DNA of 64,000 nucleotides from Camelus ferus (taxonomy: Eukaryota). The first letter of the stretch is position 1; every line of letters begins with the position of its first letter. The DNA lies in the NCBI RefSeq assembly GCF_009834535.1, contig NC_045707.1, forward strand, positions 55,430,001-55,494,000. The letters are read 5' to 3'. The notes beneath the pieces are model-generated. The model made no database searches and was not told where the DNA came from. It was given only the letters and a program-made list of their open reading frames with translations. A program made the position numbers and the translations under genes. Shown in pieces: positions 26,126 to 39,731 of the stretch.

Positions 26126-26710
26126 GGATATTTCATAATGATAAAGGAATTCTCTCAGGAGGATATTATAATGCTAAATCTTTATGTACCTATAGCATAA
26201 CTTAAAATTGAAGCCTATCAAAATGTCTATAAACAGAATGGGTTAAAAAAAAAACCAACTATGGCATAGTCACACAATGGAATATTACAATGCAATGAGA
26301 TTGAACAAACTCCAATTGGTTTTTAGAAACATTTTGAGGTATAACTCATCTAAAATAGTTATGCATGTGTATTTTTACAGAAATGAGAGGACAAAAACAC
26401 TGACTTCATATAATAAAACAAATCTAAACAAAAATTAAATGTAGCTTATTTTTATTGCCAAAAATATGAACTGTCATGAATATTATCTTTTGTGACACCA
26501 AACAGCTTTAAAACAACATCTGGAAGTGCACACAAAATAAGGCCAATTTAAATTGAGTAATTCTTAAACTTTGGGTTTAACAAATAAGAAAAAAAGATTT
26601 CTTCAAACTAACTTTAAAAGTGATTAATCCATCACCTTGGCAACATTAGATTATTCTGACTTGTACTATATATTTACCTTTACCATTCAGATTTATACTT
26701 TCATGTTTTT

Positions 26711-29700
26711 TAAACATTTTTTATTGAGTTATAGTCATTTTACAAGGTTGTGTCAAATTCCAGTGTAGAGCACAATTTTTCAGTTATACATGAACATACA
26801 TACATTCATTGTCACATTCTCTTTCACTGTGAGCCACCACAAGATCCTGTATATATTTCCCTGTGCTACACAGTAAATTTTATCTATTCTACATTTTGAA
26901 ATCCCAGTCCCTTCTCACTCCTCGTTCCCCTGGCAACCGCAAGTTTGTATTCTATGAGTCTATTTCTGTTTTGTATTTGTTTTTGTTTTAAGATTCCACA
27001 TATAAGCGATCTCATATGGTATTTTTCTTTCTCTTTCTGGCTTACTTCACTTAGAATGACATTCTCCAGTTACATCCATGTTGCTGCAAATGGAGTTGTA
27101 TTGTCGGTTTTTATGGCTGAAGAGTATTCCATTGTATAAATATACCACATCTTCTTTATCCAGTCATCTGTTGATGGACATTTAGGCTGTTTCCATGTCT
27201 TGGCTATTGTAAATAGTGCTGCTATGAACATTGGGGTGCAGGTATCTTTTTGAATGAGAGTTGCCTCCAGGTATATACCCAGGAGTAGGATTCCTGGGTC
27301 ATACAGTAAGTCTATTCCTAGTCTTTTGAGGAATCTCCATACTGTTTTCCACAGTGGCTGTACCACACTGCATTCCCACCAGCAGTGTAGGAGGGTTCCC
27401 TTTTCTCCACAGCCTCTCCAGCATTTGTCATTTGTGGACTTTTGAATGATGGCCATTCTGACTGGTGCGAGGTGACACCTCATCATAGTTTTGATTTGCA
27501 TTTCTCTAATAATTAGTGATATTGATCATTTTTTCACTTGCCTATTGATCATTTGTATTTCTTCCTTGGAGAATTGCTTGTTTAGGTCTTTTGCCCATTT
27601 TTGGATTGGGTTGTTTGTTTTTTACTTAAGTTGTATGAGCTGCTTATATATTCTGGAGATCAAGCCTTTATCGGTTTCATCTGCAAAAATTTTCTCCCAT
27701 TCTGTAGGTTATCGTTTTGTTTTACTCATGGTTTGCTTTGCTGTGCAGAAGCTTGTAAGTTTCATTAGGTCCCATTTGTTTATTCTTGCTTTTATTTCTA
27801 TTGCTTGGGTAGACTGCCCTTGGAGAACATTTTTGAGATGTATGTCGGATAATGTTTTGCCTATATTTTCTTCTAGGAGATTTATTGTATCTTGTCTTAT
27901 GTTTAAGTCTTTGATCCATTTTGAGTTTATTTTTGTGTATGGTGTAAGAGAGTGTTCTAGTGTTCTAGCTTTACTGCTTTACATGCTGCTGTCCTGTTTT
28001 CCCAACACCATTTGCTGAAGAGACTGTCTTTTCTCCATTGTATATTCTTGCCTCCTTTGTTGAAGATTAGTTGACCAAAAGTTTGTGGGTTCATTTCTGG
28101 GCTCTCTCTTGGTTCCATTGGTCCATATGTCTGTTTTTGTACCAGTACCATGCTGTCTTGATGACTGTAGCTCTGTAGTATTGTCTGAAGTCTGGGAGAG
28201 TTATTTCTCCAGCTTCTTTCTTTTTCTTCAGTAATGCTTTGGCAATTCTAGGTCTTTGGGGTTCCATATAAATTTTATTATGATTTGTTCTAGTTCTGTG
28301 AACTCTCTCCTGGGTAATTTGATAGGGATTGCATTATATCTGTAGATTCCCTTGGGCAGTATGACCATTTTAACAATATTGATTCTTCCAATCCAGGAGC
28401 ATAGGATATCTTTCCATTTTTTAAAGTCTTCTTTAATTTCCTTCATCAGTGTTTTATAGTTTTCTGTGTATAATTCTTTCACCTCCTTGGTTAGATTTAT
28501 TCCCAGATATTTTATTACTTTGGGTGCTATTTTAAAGGGGATTGTTTCTTTACTTTCTTTTTCTGTTGATTCATCATTAGTGTAAAGAAATGCACCTGAT
28601 TTTTGAATGTTAATCTTGTAACCTGCTATCTTGCTGAATTCTTCAATTAGTTCTAGTAGTTTTTGTATGGACCTCTTAGGATTTTCTATATATAGTATCA
28701 TGTCATCTGTATAGAGTGACACTTTTACCTCTTCTTTTCCGATTTGGATCCCTTTTATTTCTCTCTCTTGCCTGATTGCTGTGGCTAGGACTTCTAAGAC
28801 GATGTTGAATAGGAGTGGTGATACTGGGCAGACTTGTTCCAGATTTTAGCGGGAAGCTTTTGAGTTTTTCACTGTGAGTACTATGCTGGCTGTATGTTTG
28901 TCATATATACCTTTTATTATGTTGAGATATGTTCCCTCTATACCCACTTTGGTGAGAGTTTTTATCATAAATGGGTGTTGAATTTTATCAAAAGCTTTTT
29001 CTGCATCTATTGAGATGATCATGTGGTTTTTGTCCTTTCTCTTCTTGATGGGATGTATTACATTGATTGATTTGCATATGTTGAACCACCCTTGTGTCCC
29101 TGGGATGAACCCCACTTGATCATGATGTATAATCTTTTTTATGTGCTGTTGGATTCTATTTGCTAGTATTTTGGTAAGGATTTTGGCATCTATGTTCATC
29201 AGCGATATTGGTCTGTAATTCCAGTTTTTGGTGGTGTCTTTGCCTGGTTTTGGCATTGGGGTAATGGTGGCTTCATAGAATGAGTTTGGGAGTATTCCCT
29301 CTCTTTCAATCTTCTGGAAGAGTTTGTGGAGGACTGGTATGAGTTCTTTGTATGTTTGGTAGAATTCTCCGGTGAAGCCGTTCAGTCCTGGACTTTTATT
29401 TATAGGGAGGTTTTTTATTGCTAATTCGATTTCATTTCTAGTGATCAGTTTGTTCAAGTGGTCAGTTTCTTCTTGATTCAGTCTTGGTGGACTGTATGTT
29501 TCCAGAAACTTGTCCATCTCCTTTAGGTTATCCATTTTGGTTCCATATAGTTTTTCATAATATTCTCATATGATATTCTGTATTTCTATGTTATTTGTTG
29601 TAATTTCTCCATTTTCCTTTCTTATTTTGCTTATTTGTGCTCTTTTTTCTTCTTTGTGAGTCTGAACAGACACTTGTCGATTTTATTTACTCTTTCAAAA

Positions 29701-30922
29701 AACCAGCTTTTGGTTTGATGGATTTTTTTCCTATTGTTTTTTTAATCTCTATTTTATTTATTTGCTCCCTGATCTTTATTATTTCCTTCCTTCTGCTGAC
29801 TTTTGGGTGTCTTTGCTCTTCTTTTTCTAGTTCTATGAGCTGGTGGGTTAGATTGTTTATTTGAGATTGTTCTTCTTTTTTGAGGAAGGCCTATATCACT
29901 ATAAACTTCCCTCTTAGCACTGCCTTTGCTGCGTCCCATAAGTTTTGTGTGGTTGTGTTTTCATTTTCATTTGTCTCAAGTTATTTTTTAATTTCAGCTT
30001 TGATTTCATGATTGACCCATTGGTTTTTTAATAGCATGTTGTTTAATCTCCATGCTTTCCTTTTTTTCTCCTTTGTTTCTCTGTAGTTGATTTCTAGTTT
30101 CATGGCATTGTGGTCAGTAAAGATGCTTGACATAATTTCTATCTTCTTAAAATTGTTGAGGCTTCTTTTGTGCCCAAGTACATAATCAATCCTAGAAAAT
30201 GTTCCATGTGCTCTTGAAAAGAACGTATATCTTTTCTTTGGGTGTAATGCTCCCAAATTTCACTTGGTGAAAATATCCACCAAGTCTAATTTTTCTATTG
30301 TATTATTTAATTTCTCGGTTGCCTTATTTATTTTCTGTCTGGAAGATCTGTCTAGTGATGTTAATGCAGTGTTAAAATCTCTGACAATGATTGTATTCCC
30401 ATCAATTTCCCCCTTTACCTCTGTTAGTAGTTGTTTTAAGTACTTAGATGCTCCTATGTTGAGTGCATATATATTAACAATTGTAATATCCTCATCTTGT
30501 ATCATTCCTTTAATCATTATAAAATGTCCTTTTTCTTTATGGCCCTTGTTTTAAAGTCTATTTTGTCTGAAATCAGTACTGCAACACCTGCTTTTTTGGC
30601 TTTTCCATTTGCATGGAATATCCTTTTCCATCCTTTCACTCTCAATCTATATGTGTCCTTCTCCCTAAAGTGGATCTCTTGTATGCAGCATATTGAAGGT
30701 TCTTGCTTTATTATCCAGTCTGCCACTCTATGTCTTTTGACTGGAGCATTTAGTCCATTAACATTTACAGTAATTAATGATAGATGTGTGTTTATTGCCA
30801 TTTTGAACTTATTTTTGCAGTTGATTTGGTATTTCCTCTTTGTTCCTTTTTTCTTCCTTTTGTGGTTTGGTAATTTTCCTTTGTATTATCTTGGATTTTA
30901 TTTAGTTTTTGTGACTCACTTG
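26711..30922 (-). mobile_element. Young 5'-truncated L1 with near-complete ORF2, inserted in an older L1
   Basis: Continuous ORF2 homology plus 3'UTR and T-rich tail. Degenerate TSD ttatactttcatgttttt (~26693-26710) versus ttataccttcgtatgttttt (~30923-30942). Confidence 0.92.
27070..30801 (-). pseudogene. Disrupted L1 ORF2 (APE endonuclease, reverse transcriptase, C-terminal domain)
   Basis: Ordered fragments [65 protein letters not shown] (YADD-like), [18 protein letters not shown]; broken by frameshifts and stops. Confidence 0.93.
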
Positions 30923-31115
30923 TTATACCTTCGTATGTTTTTATGTTACTAATTGGTGCTCTTTTGTTTCAGCTTAAAACAGTCCCCTTTAACATTTCTT
31001 GCAAAACCAGTCTAGTGGTAGTGAACTCCTTTACTTTTTGCCTATCTAGAAAACTCTTTACCTCTCCTTCAATTCCAGTGGACAGCCTTGCTGGGTATAT
31101 TAATTCTTTGTTGTT

Positions 31116-31151
<36 letters not shown>

Positions 31152-31345
31152 TCTTTCAGCATTTTGAGTATATTGTACCACTCCCTTCTGGCATGCAAAG
31201 TTTCTGCTGAAAATTCTGCTGATAGTCTTATGGGGTCCCTTTGTACATACAAGTTGTTTTGCCCTTGTTGCTTTAATATTATGTGTGTCAGTGTGGGCCC
31301 CTTTGTGTCTCCCAGATCTGGATGCATGTTTCCTTGTTCTGGTTA
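30923..31345 (-). mobile_element. Older L1M ORF1 3' portion with an internal (TTG)n microsatellite at ~31113-31149
   Basis: Peptides PIRLSAEFSAETLHARREWYNILKMLKE and YPARLS..IEGEVKSF..KEFTTTRLVLQEMLKG are L1 ORF1p-like. The element resumes at ~35050. Confidence 0.85.
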
Positions 31346-31384
31346 GTGGATTTTACAATTGTAACATTTTCAGGATTCTACCTT

Positions 31385-32960
31385 TTTGATTGAAGTATAA
31401 CTGACTATATTAGTTTCAAGCGTGCAACATAATGATTTGATACTCATATATATATTGTGAAATGATCACCACAATAAATCTAGTTAATGTCTGTCACCAT
31501 AGTTACCGAAAATATATTTTTTTCTTGCAATGAGGACTTTTAAGATCTATTCTCTAAGGTTTCAAATATGTGATACAGTATTATTTACTATAGTCACCAT
31601 GCTTTCTATTACATCCTCATAACTTATTTATTTTGTGACTGGAAGTTTGTACCTTTTTGACTACCTTCATACATTTTTTCCACTCCTCACCCCCCACCTC
31701 TGGCAACCACTAATCAGTTCTCTGTATCTATGAGCATGGTTTTGTTTGTTGTAGATACCACATTTAAGATCATACAGTATTTGTCTCCCTCTGTCTGACT
31801 TATTTCACTTAGCATAATGCCCTCAAGTACATCCATATTGCTGCAAATGGCAAAATTTTGTTCTTTTTAATGGCTGAGTAGTACTCCAGTGTGTGTCTGT
31901 ATGTGTGCGCGCACGCGTGTGTGCATGTACCACATCTCCTTTATGCAGTTTTCTGTTGATGGACACTTAGGTTGCTTCCATATCTTGGCAATTGTAAATA
32001 CTGCTGCAATGAACATTGGGGTGCACGTATCTTTTCAAATTGTTTGTATTTTCTTCAGAGAAATACCCAGAAATGGAATTGCTAGACCAGTATGGTAGTT
32101 TTTTTTTTTTTTTTTGAGGAAACTTACTGCTGTTTTTCATAGTGACTGCACCATTTATATCATCATCAACATTGCACAAGGGTTCCCTTTTTCTCCACAT
32201 CCTTGTCAACATTTATTATTCGTGTTCTTTCTGATAGTAGCCATTCTGACAGGTTTGAGATGATATCTCATTGTGGTTTTGATTTGCATTTCCCTGATGA
32301 TTTAGTGATGAGTGTTTTTTCATGTGCCTGTTGGCTATATGTCTTCTTTGGGAAAATGTATATTCAGCTCTTCTGCAAATTTTGTAGTTGGATTTTTATT
32401 GCTATTGAGTTATGAGAATTTTTAAAATTATATTTTAGATTTTAACCCCTTATCTGATAATTTGCAAAAATTGTCTCCCATTCAATTGGTTGCTTTTTCA
32501 TTTTGTTAATAGTTTCCTTCAGTGTGTAAAAGGTACTCAGTTTGATGTAATCCCACTTATTTATTTTTGCTTTTGTTGCCTTTGCTTTTTGGAGTCAGAT
32601 CAAAAACTAACTTGCTAAGACCAGTGTCAAGGTGCTTACCACCTATTTTTCTTTTAGGAGTTTTATGGTTTCAGGTCTTTACATTCAAGTCTTTAATCCA
32701 TTTTGAGTTAAGTTTTGTGTATAATGGAAGGCAGTAGTCTAGTTTCATTTTTTTGCATGTGATTGTCCAGTTTTCCAAATATCACTTATTGGAAAGGCTG
32801 TCCTTTCCCCACTGTATATTCTTCACACTCTTTTGTTGTAAATTAATTGACTGTATATTTTGGACTCTATTCTGTTCCATTGATCTGTGTTTTTATGGCA
32901 GTCCAATACTGTTTGATTATTATAGCTCTATTGTGTGAAATCAGGGAGCATGGATTCTAC
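31385..32960 (-). mobile_element. L1MA9-like 3' end
   Basis: tctgacttatttcacttagcataatgccctcaag; gcaatgaacattggggtgcacgtatcttttcaaatt. Confidence 0.85.
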
Positions 32961-33289
32961 TTTGTTTTCATCATAAGGTGTTTTCAAAATGCTCATTTTG
33001 AAATTCTCTTCTTCCATTGAAAGCAGAGTTTCCCTTTTGTCGTAATTTGTGTCTAAAAAATGTTGCTCATATCAAAAGTTCCCTACAGTGGCCATTATAA
33101 TTCTGCATTATCTTTGGTGAGATCATCCCATTTAGAAAGTTAAGTACATGAATTTGGGATATATTAGAAATACTTGTAAGAAGCAGGAGTCCTTCCTGTA
33201 GGAAGAAGCATGAATTTAACTTTTGATTGACACAAATCCATGAGTGTTTAAGAACATTTGATCTTTTGACTGCCAATAGCTTGGCTCTT

Positions 33290-35047
33290 ATATTAGCCAT
33301 TGAGCTTTCTATTTTTAATTGGCTCCTCTATATAGTTTCAATTTCCTTTTCCAAGTATTCTCTGTCTCCATTCATATTCTCATTTCCTTCAGTGCTTTTA
33401 TCATTCCCTTTCTGAAGTCATGATCTAGGAGACTGTTGGTCTATCTCATTGTTCATTCTTTTAGGGGACTTCTTTTGTTTGTTTAATTGGGAGTGCTTCC
33501 TCTGCTGCTTTTTATTTCTCTGGCTCTATGAGTTTAGGAGTATCAGTTATCTACTGTGGTCTTGAAGGGCTGTTGTTTTTTATGTTTGTTTGTTTTATTT
33601 AGTCCTGTGTAGACTATGTGCATCTAACAGTTTTGTTGCGATGGCTGTTCTTACTATGAATGGTTGCCACATCTTTCTTCCATGTGTGTTGGCTGTTATC
33701 CCTTTGACTGGGGGTGTGGTTGGTGGGGTGGTGATCAGAGCCTGCCCTGGTTGTTGTTGTTGAGAAGGGCCTCTTTTTTTTTTTTTTTTTCCTCCTGTGG
33801 TTGCCACGGCCTTGATAGGAGCCAAGTCTGCTCCTCTATTGCTGGAATAGAGGCTTCTGGACCACTTTCTGAGCTGTGGTGTGTGTAGGCAGGGCTGGAG
33901 CGTTTCAGCTGGGAAGAATCACGGAGTGGACCTCCACAGGAGCTGTCAACTGGGAGGTGCTGTCTGTCATTTGTCGTGCTGGGTTACAAAGTGCTCTTTG
34001 ATACTGCCTTTGTCTCTGCCTTAGCTACAGGAATGTCAGCCACCAGCTCTAGTGTCCCCCAGGTTCTGGGTCCTAGGAACCACCAGTGCAGATCTGCCAA
34101 TGTGAAACATTAGGACCCACCATGGGGAGCATACAGTCACACACCTGAATCTGTGGTGCACCACAGGGTCAGTGCAGACCCTAGCTCTGCCTCTGCGTAT
34201 GGTATGGAAGGCAGCCTGTTGTAAATACCCTTACATGCCCCCACCATGTGCCAAAACTCCGCTCACTGCCTGTTCGTCCACAAGGCACAGGTCCATCAAG
34301 GATCCAGAGATAGCAAATACATCCTTTCTGCCTAGGGTTGTAAACAAATCTCAGTCCCGCCTGTGAAGTTTCAGGGCTGCTGGGTATGGATTCAGCTTTC
34401 AGCCCCCCCTCCATGCAGCAGTGATGGCTATGACCCAGCCCCACCTCTCTTCTCAGGAGAACACACCAACAATGGAGCCAAGGGGAGAAGGCAGCTATGG
34501 CGCAGCTGCATTGCGCCCCTCCCCGCCACGCACACCAGTAGTGGTGCTTTTATGGGGGGTCCCGGCTGTTCTGTTCTGCACACACCCTAAGTCAGAACTC
34601 ACACTGCCCTCCAGTCCCCTGAGGCTGCCTCTGCCCGGTTCCTCACCGATCTCCAGCAGCCAGTCCCGGCTTGTCCCTGCTGGCTAGCGTCTAGGGCCAG
34701 GGATCACAGGGACCCTCCATGTCAGCTTCCCTTAGTTCTGTCTACCAAGCAGTTGCCACTTTCTCCTCCAAACATTGGAAGCTCCGCTTCTGTCCCCGCT
34801 GGCCTCCCGGTTGGACTGGGGGCATCCAGCATGAGGGTGCCTTCTCCCTGTGCTGCTCCCTCCCTGCAGGACGGGTCCTGCACCGATTTTTTGTTTTTTC
34901 GAGAATCCTCCTGTATTTCAAAGTGAGAGATACTCTGCCATAGTTCAGCAGGTGTTCTGTGCAATTCAGTGGGTTTGTAGATGTAATTCTGAGTGGATTT
35001 GTGGGAGAGGACAAGCTATGGTTCTCTCTCTACTCCACTATCTTGGC
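33290..35047 (-). mobile_element. L1 5'UTR and start of ORF1 region
   Basis: Ends ctactccactatcttggcc (GGCCAAGATAGTGGAG on minus). Shares motifs with the 5'UTR at 16330-17445 (gtaaacaaatctca, ccctgaggctgcctctg, agttcagcaggtgttctg). Confidence 0.8.
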
Positions 35048-35049
35048 CA

Positions 35050-35690
35050 GTCTCCACAGCTGTAATTTTTAAAATGAGTTTTCTGCCCCATTCTCTCTCT
35101 CATCTCTCTAGGACCCCTATAATGCAAATGTTACTCCATTTGATGTTAGCTCATAAGTCCCTTAAGTTACCTTCTCTCTTTTTCCTTTTTGTTGCTCTGA
35201 CTAGTATGTCCTGCTGCCCTATCCTCCAGTACATGATCCTTTTTTCTGCTTCATCTGCTCTGCTATTGAGCCCCTCTATAGTTATTCTTTAGCTCTGTGA
35301 CTTTTATTGGAACTTATATCTTATATTTTCTGTTAAAAATTTAACATCATTCATTCTGCTGCAGAAGTTGGTTAGCATCTTTATGACCATTATGTTGAAC
35401 TCTTTATAAGGTAAATCACTTATTTCTGTTTCATTAAGGTTTTTTTCTAAAAATTTTATTTTGTTCTATTCTGTGTGACTTTTTTGCATTAGATAAAAGA
35501 GCCATCTCTCCCAGTCATTAAGGAATAGTCTCATGTAGGATATGAACCTTATCACTCAGTACTGTCCTAGCTCTTGGTTGTCTCTCAGGCTTCTTGGAAA
35601 ATTACAAGGTTTATTTTGTTTATAGTGACTCACAGAAGATGAGGGTGTGCCAAGACCTGTCAGTGTTGCAAAGGGAAGGATTCTCTTTAT
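35050..35690 (-). mobile_element. Older L1M ORF1 5' portion
   Basis: ttttctgccccattctctctc...ggacccctataatgcaaatgtt...cttcatctgctctgctattgag; continues the element interrupted at ~31345. Confidence 0.7.
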
Positions 35691-36659
35691 ATGTTTTCAA
35701 ACTCCTCATTATAAAACAAATACTAATTTCATTTTTAAAGTATTCTTTTAAGTATTTAGTCTTTTAAAAATATTCTTCCCATACACCATATAAACCATCC
35801 ATCTGTTTTTCACATACATTTTCTGCAATATTAATCTCAGACTGCAAACAGTTATCCCTGTTTAACAGAGGTAATTTATTGACTCAAATACAGGCCTATT
35901 ATAAATGACTAAAACAGCACCTAACTTCTTTAAGTAACATAATTTTTTATTAGAGCAAAATCAACAACAAAAAAGAATTAGGTCATACCAGAAACCCTTA
36001 AAAAAGATCTGATACTGTGTTACACAAATGAAAACATTTCACAGTAAGCATCACAAAACAAGTCTTTTTGACTTGAAATGAAAAGGGTGCATTTTAGCAG
36101 GTAATTTATAGAATAACTTATTCATACAGTTAATATTTCCTGCTCAAGATACATCGGTATCTTCAATTATTCTTTAAGTACTCATAATAAAAGTCCTTAT
36201 CTATTTTATTTATTTGTTTGGTTACTATACTCACTGAGGAATTGCCCACAGAATGCCTTTTAAGTATTTAGCTAACAAGAAGAAAATCAGGGTAAGCCTC
36301 AAAATTTCACTCCTGATACAAAATTGTCAAGTCAGCAGGAGTAAATTTATGTCAACTAGAATGTGCTTTTATGCTTCTTCAGAGTAAGCTATGTGAAAGA
36401 GAAGAGAATGCTATTAGTGTTCCCTCTGACACACTGAGTGGTTGATTAGAGAGAAAAGGTCTGAGATCTCTAGCTGCATAAAAACTAAATGAATTAGTCA
36501 GGATGTTCTCTTGTTTCTAACACTACACACCCAAAGGTCTGACACAAACAGTATTTTAGTTAAATCAACTGCAAAAACTTTAATGGAAAAATCTGTAGCC
36601 TCTGTACTTTAAGGAAATATTACTTATTCTGGAGTAGATCAGATATGCTAGTCAAAGTA

Positions 36660-36850
36660 ATAGTATTTATTATAGTAATATTTGAATGCCTACTATCTAT
36701 CAGGCATAACTGTAAGTCTTACTATCTATTACCTGTTTAATAGAAGAGGAGGAGTAGGGGAAGAAATCAAGGTACGGGCACAGAGGTGTCATAGAACTTG
36801 CCCAAGGTCACACAGCTTCAAACCTGAGCAGATTGACTTCAGAGCTGAGA
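36660..36850 (-). mobile_element. MIR SINE
   Basis: ggcacagaggtgtcatagaacttgcccaaggtcacacagc. Confidence 0.7.
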
Positions 36851-37045
36851 CTGAAAATGGAAATCCTATAAGGAGACTTGGGTGTAGAATAATATGTTGA
36901 TCTTTTATGCTTTTTTCTTCAATTATATGGATTTTTATATAGGGAAGTTGACATGACAGGGATAAAAGTTGGTTCCAACATATGGAAGATAATAGAGACC
37001 ATGGAGGGCTTTCCAGCAGAGAAATAGCAAAATCAAAGTGGTGTC

Positions 37046-37102
37046 AGGGGAAGGTATAGGTCAGTGGTAGAGTGTATGCTACAGGTCCTGGGTTCAATCA
37101 TG
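37046..37102 (+). mobile_element. Truncated tRNA-derived SINE (vic-1-like head)
   Basis: ggggaaggtataggtcagtggtagagtg...ggtcctgggttcaatc, with A-box and B-box like motifs; similar to the copy at 48150. Confidence 0.65.
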
Positions 37103-39549
37103 TGATGCCAAGGTTATACTTAACAGCAATTCAAAATTTAAATAAAGGCACCACTTAAGATATGGGAGCAGTGAGTTTGCTTTTGAGAGACAGCATTACT
37201 CCATGGCTCCACTCACAGACTTATGGTAATGGGTCACTTTTTGGCATCTGTTATGTGTTTCATGAATCTGGGACTGTATAAGTACTTGGATAGACTTCTT
37301 AGATAACAGATATAATGTGAATCCAAACTAATGTTAATAATACACTGATTTTTTTAATTTCTTAATTTAAAAAATTAAATATCCTTAAAGTCCCACCATT
37401 TTCCATTTCTATTGTGGCCAACCTTAATCAATCTGCTATAACCTCATGTACCAGAACATCAGCTTCCCTAATAGTCTGTTTCAGTCTCCCACCTTCTAAT
37501 TTACTGTTTTGTCTCTGCAACTAGAATTACATGATTCTCCTCAGCGTTTCTCAGTGACTCTCAATAACTTACCAGCATAATTTCAGACTTCTCAATCTGC
37601 CATTTAAGACTTTCCAAAGGGTCCCTCAACCTGTCTATTGAGTGTCTCTCTTATTACTATATGTCATGGCCAGGTGATTCAGCAGGATGATTATCTTGCT
37701 TCCTCTCCCTGTGAAGAGACATGAAATGTGGGAATAGACATGCATTTGATTCTCAGTCATTTTGATCTCTTGAGCCACACTTTGCCATTCTGTTAAAATG
37801 GGTTTTTCATACTTCACTCATCTAGCTATTATAAGGATTAAAATAAGTCAAAATGAACTAAAATACATGCATTTTCTTCAACAAACATTACTGTGTTCCA
37901 GGATTGATACTAGGTACTGTGGCTACAATGACATTATTTTAGAAAACGATATATATTTTTAAAATTTGAGAGAGTTTAGTAAGTATGCCCATTTTCCCCT
38001 CCTAAACCAACTCAGTTACAGAAAGAAGCCAAAGTATCGATTCTGTTACTGATATAACTGTGCGAGAAGGTAGTTTAGTCTTAGAGGATGGTAGGACTGG
38101 CCTTTGGACTATGTCTGTATAGGAATAAACATCAAATGCCTATCCTATCTGAGGGATATTTTGCTCTGAAAAGGGGACATATTTGCCCAGGAAAGCTGTA
38201 TTCCATTTATTGTGTGATGGACTTAGCCAGTCCTAGAGGGTACTATATACAATCTACATCTTTAGGCAGGGATATTTCATTAAGTTGTGTTTAAATTCCT
38301 GGCAGAATCCAGTAAAAAACATCTACTACCGTTTCTATTTCACTGTTGGACTAAGTAGTAACCTAATTAATTTGGCCTTGTGCTGACCTATTCTTTTGCT
38401 CCATCCCTAAACAGTCTGTTTATTTCCTTATCTTTACCCTCTCGTGTGGACCTTAATACAGTTCTATCATTTGCCTTATCTTTGATGGCTTCCATCACAC
38501 ATCTATTGAAATTTCCTGACATGCATCAAAAAATGTGGTGGAGAATAACAGTCACATCTACTATATAAATTGTTCCCAAATGCAGTTCTGAATTGCCGTA
38601 TCTTTCAGGAGTGTAGACCAAAATTAGATTTAGCAAACAAAGTCCTTTCCCTAAGGACTTTCCCATTTATAAAAATTTCCCATTTCAGTCTCTGGCTGTC
38701 ATGTAAGTCCTCTATAATTTTGTGATACCATATGACTTGTCTTCCAAAGAAGGACTCTTCTAAAGAGTAAGACATGGTTGTATTATTGGTCACACAATAA
38801 CAAGACAGTCCCAGACAGGATACCTACTTTACCTAAAATTAACCATACACCTCTAAAGTCTCATGTGTCTTTTGTAATGGACAAACTGAGTCAATATATG
38901 ATGCAGAAGCAAGACACATCAGTCCTTTTTTCTATATATCTATTTCAATTAGTGATTCTTAGAGTTCTTGGATAACAGGTATAATGTAAATATAATGTAA
39001 ATGATTATACTATACAGTTTATGGTTCATGGGAACTGACCAACTACCTAAGTGCTGGATCTAGACGTGTATTTCTTTATATGGTATTCATCTAAAATCTC
39101 TCCTAACGTCCCAGGATTTAATCACTGTGGATGTACACAAGATGGGCATGGCATGATTCTACCTCTATCAATTTGGTTGTTGTGCAAATCTACAATGATT
39201 CTTAATTCAATTAGACTCCTGACAATTACTAGGCTCAGAGGACCTCACAAACCTACCTCCTCCACATTCAGATTTAAATGTACCTCTTTGACAGCCTGAG
39301 AATCCAGAACCTCTTCAATCTTTTAACCTTAGAAAGTTAAAAAAAACCCAGTATCAATAGTGAAGTCTCATGGATTTCACTTGTTTACAATCCCCCGAGT
39401 ATAAGATGGCTACCCCAGGCTTAGTAAAGTGCCAGGACCATAGGTCTGGTCTGCTTTCTTTCTCAGTAGGAGGTTTATGTTATCCCCTTTAACAAGTTTT
39501 TAAAAAAAAAAATGTTAATTTTTCCTGAGAGTGAGGTAATTTATACTTA

Positions 39550-39731
39550 CAGTGGACACTCAAACAACATGGGCCCACTGACATGTGGATTTTTTCCAGT
39601 ACGTACTTACCATGGTACTACAGGATCCCTGGTTGGTTGAATCCACACATGAAAAACTAAATTTATACATGGATTTTCCACTGTGTTGAGGGTCAGTGTC
39701 CCTAACCTCCACATTGATGAAGGGTCAGCTG
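39550..39731. mobile_element. Tigger2a-like MITE
   Basis: TA-cagtggacactcaaacaaca ... tgatgaagggtcagctg-TA; homologous to 24027-24252. Confidence 0.8.

Noticed and set aside
28846..29535. 229-aa reverse-transcriptase-like ORF as a novel RT system
   Set aside because: It is an ordinary frameshifted LINE-1 ORF2 fragment, collinear with the flanking L1 pieces.
30969..31327. PolyQ, polyN, polyC and polyL ORFs
   Set aside because: These are translations of a (TTG)n microsatellite that expanded inside a dead L1 ORF1.
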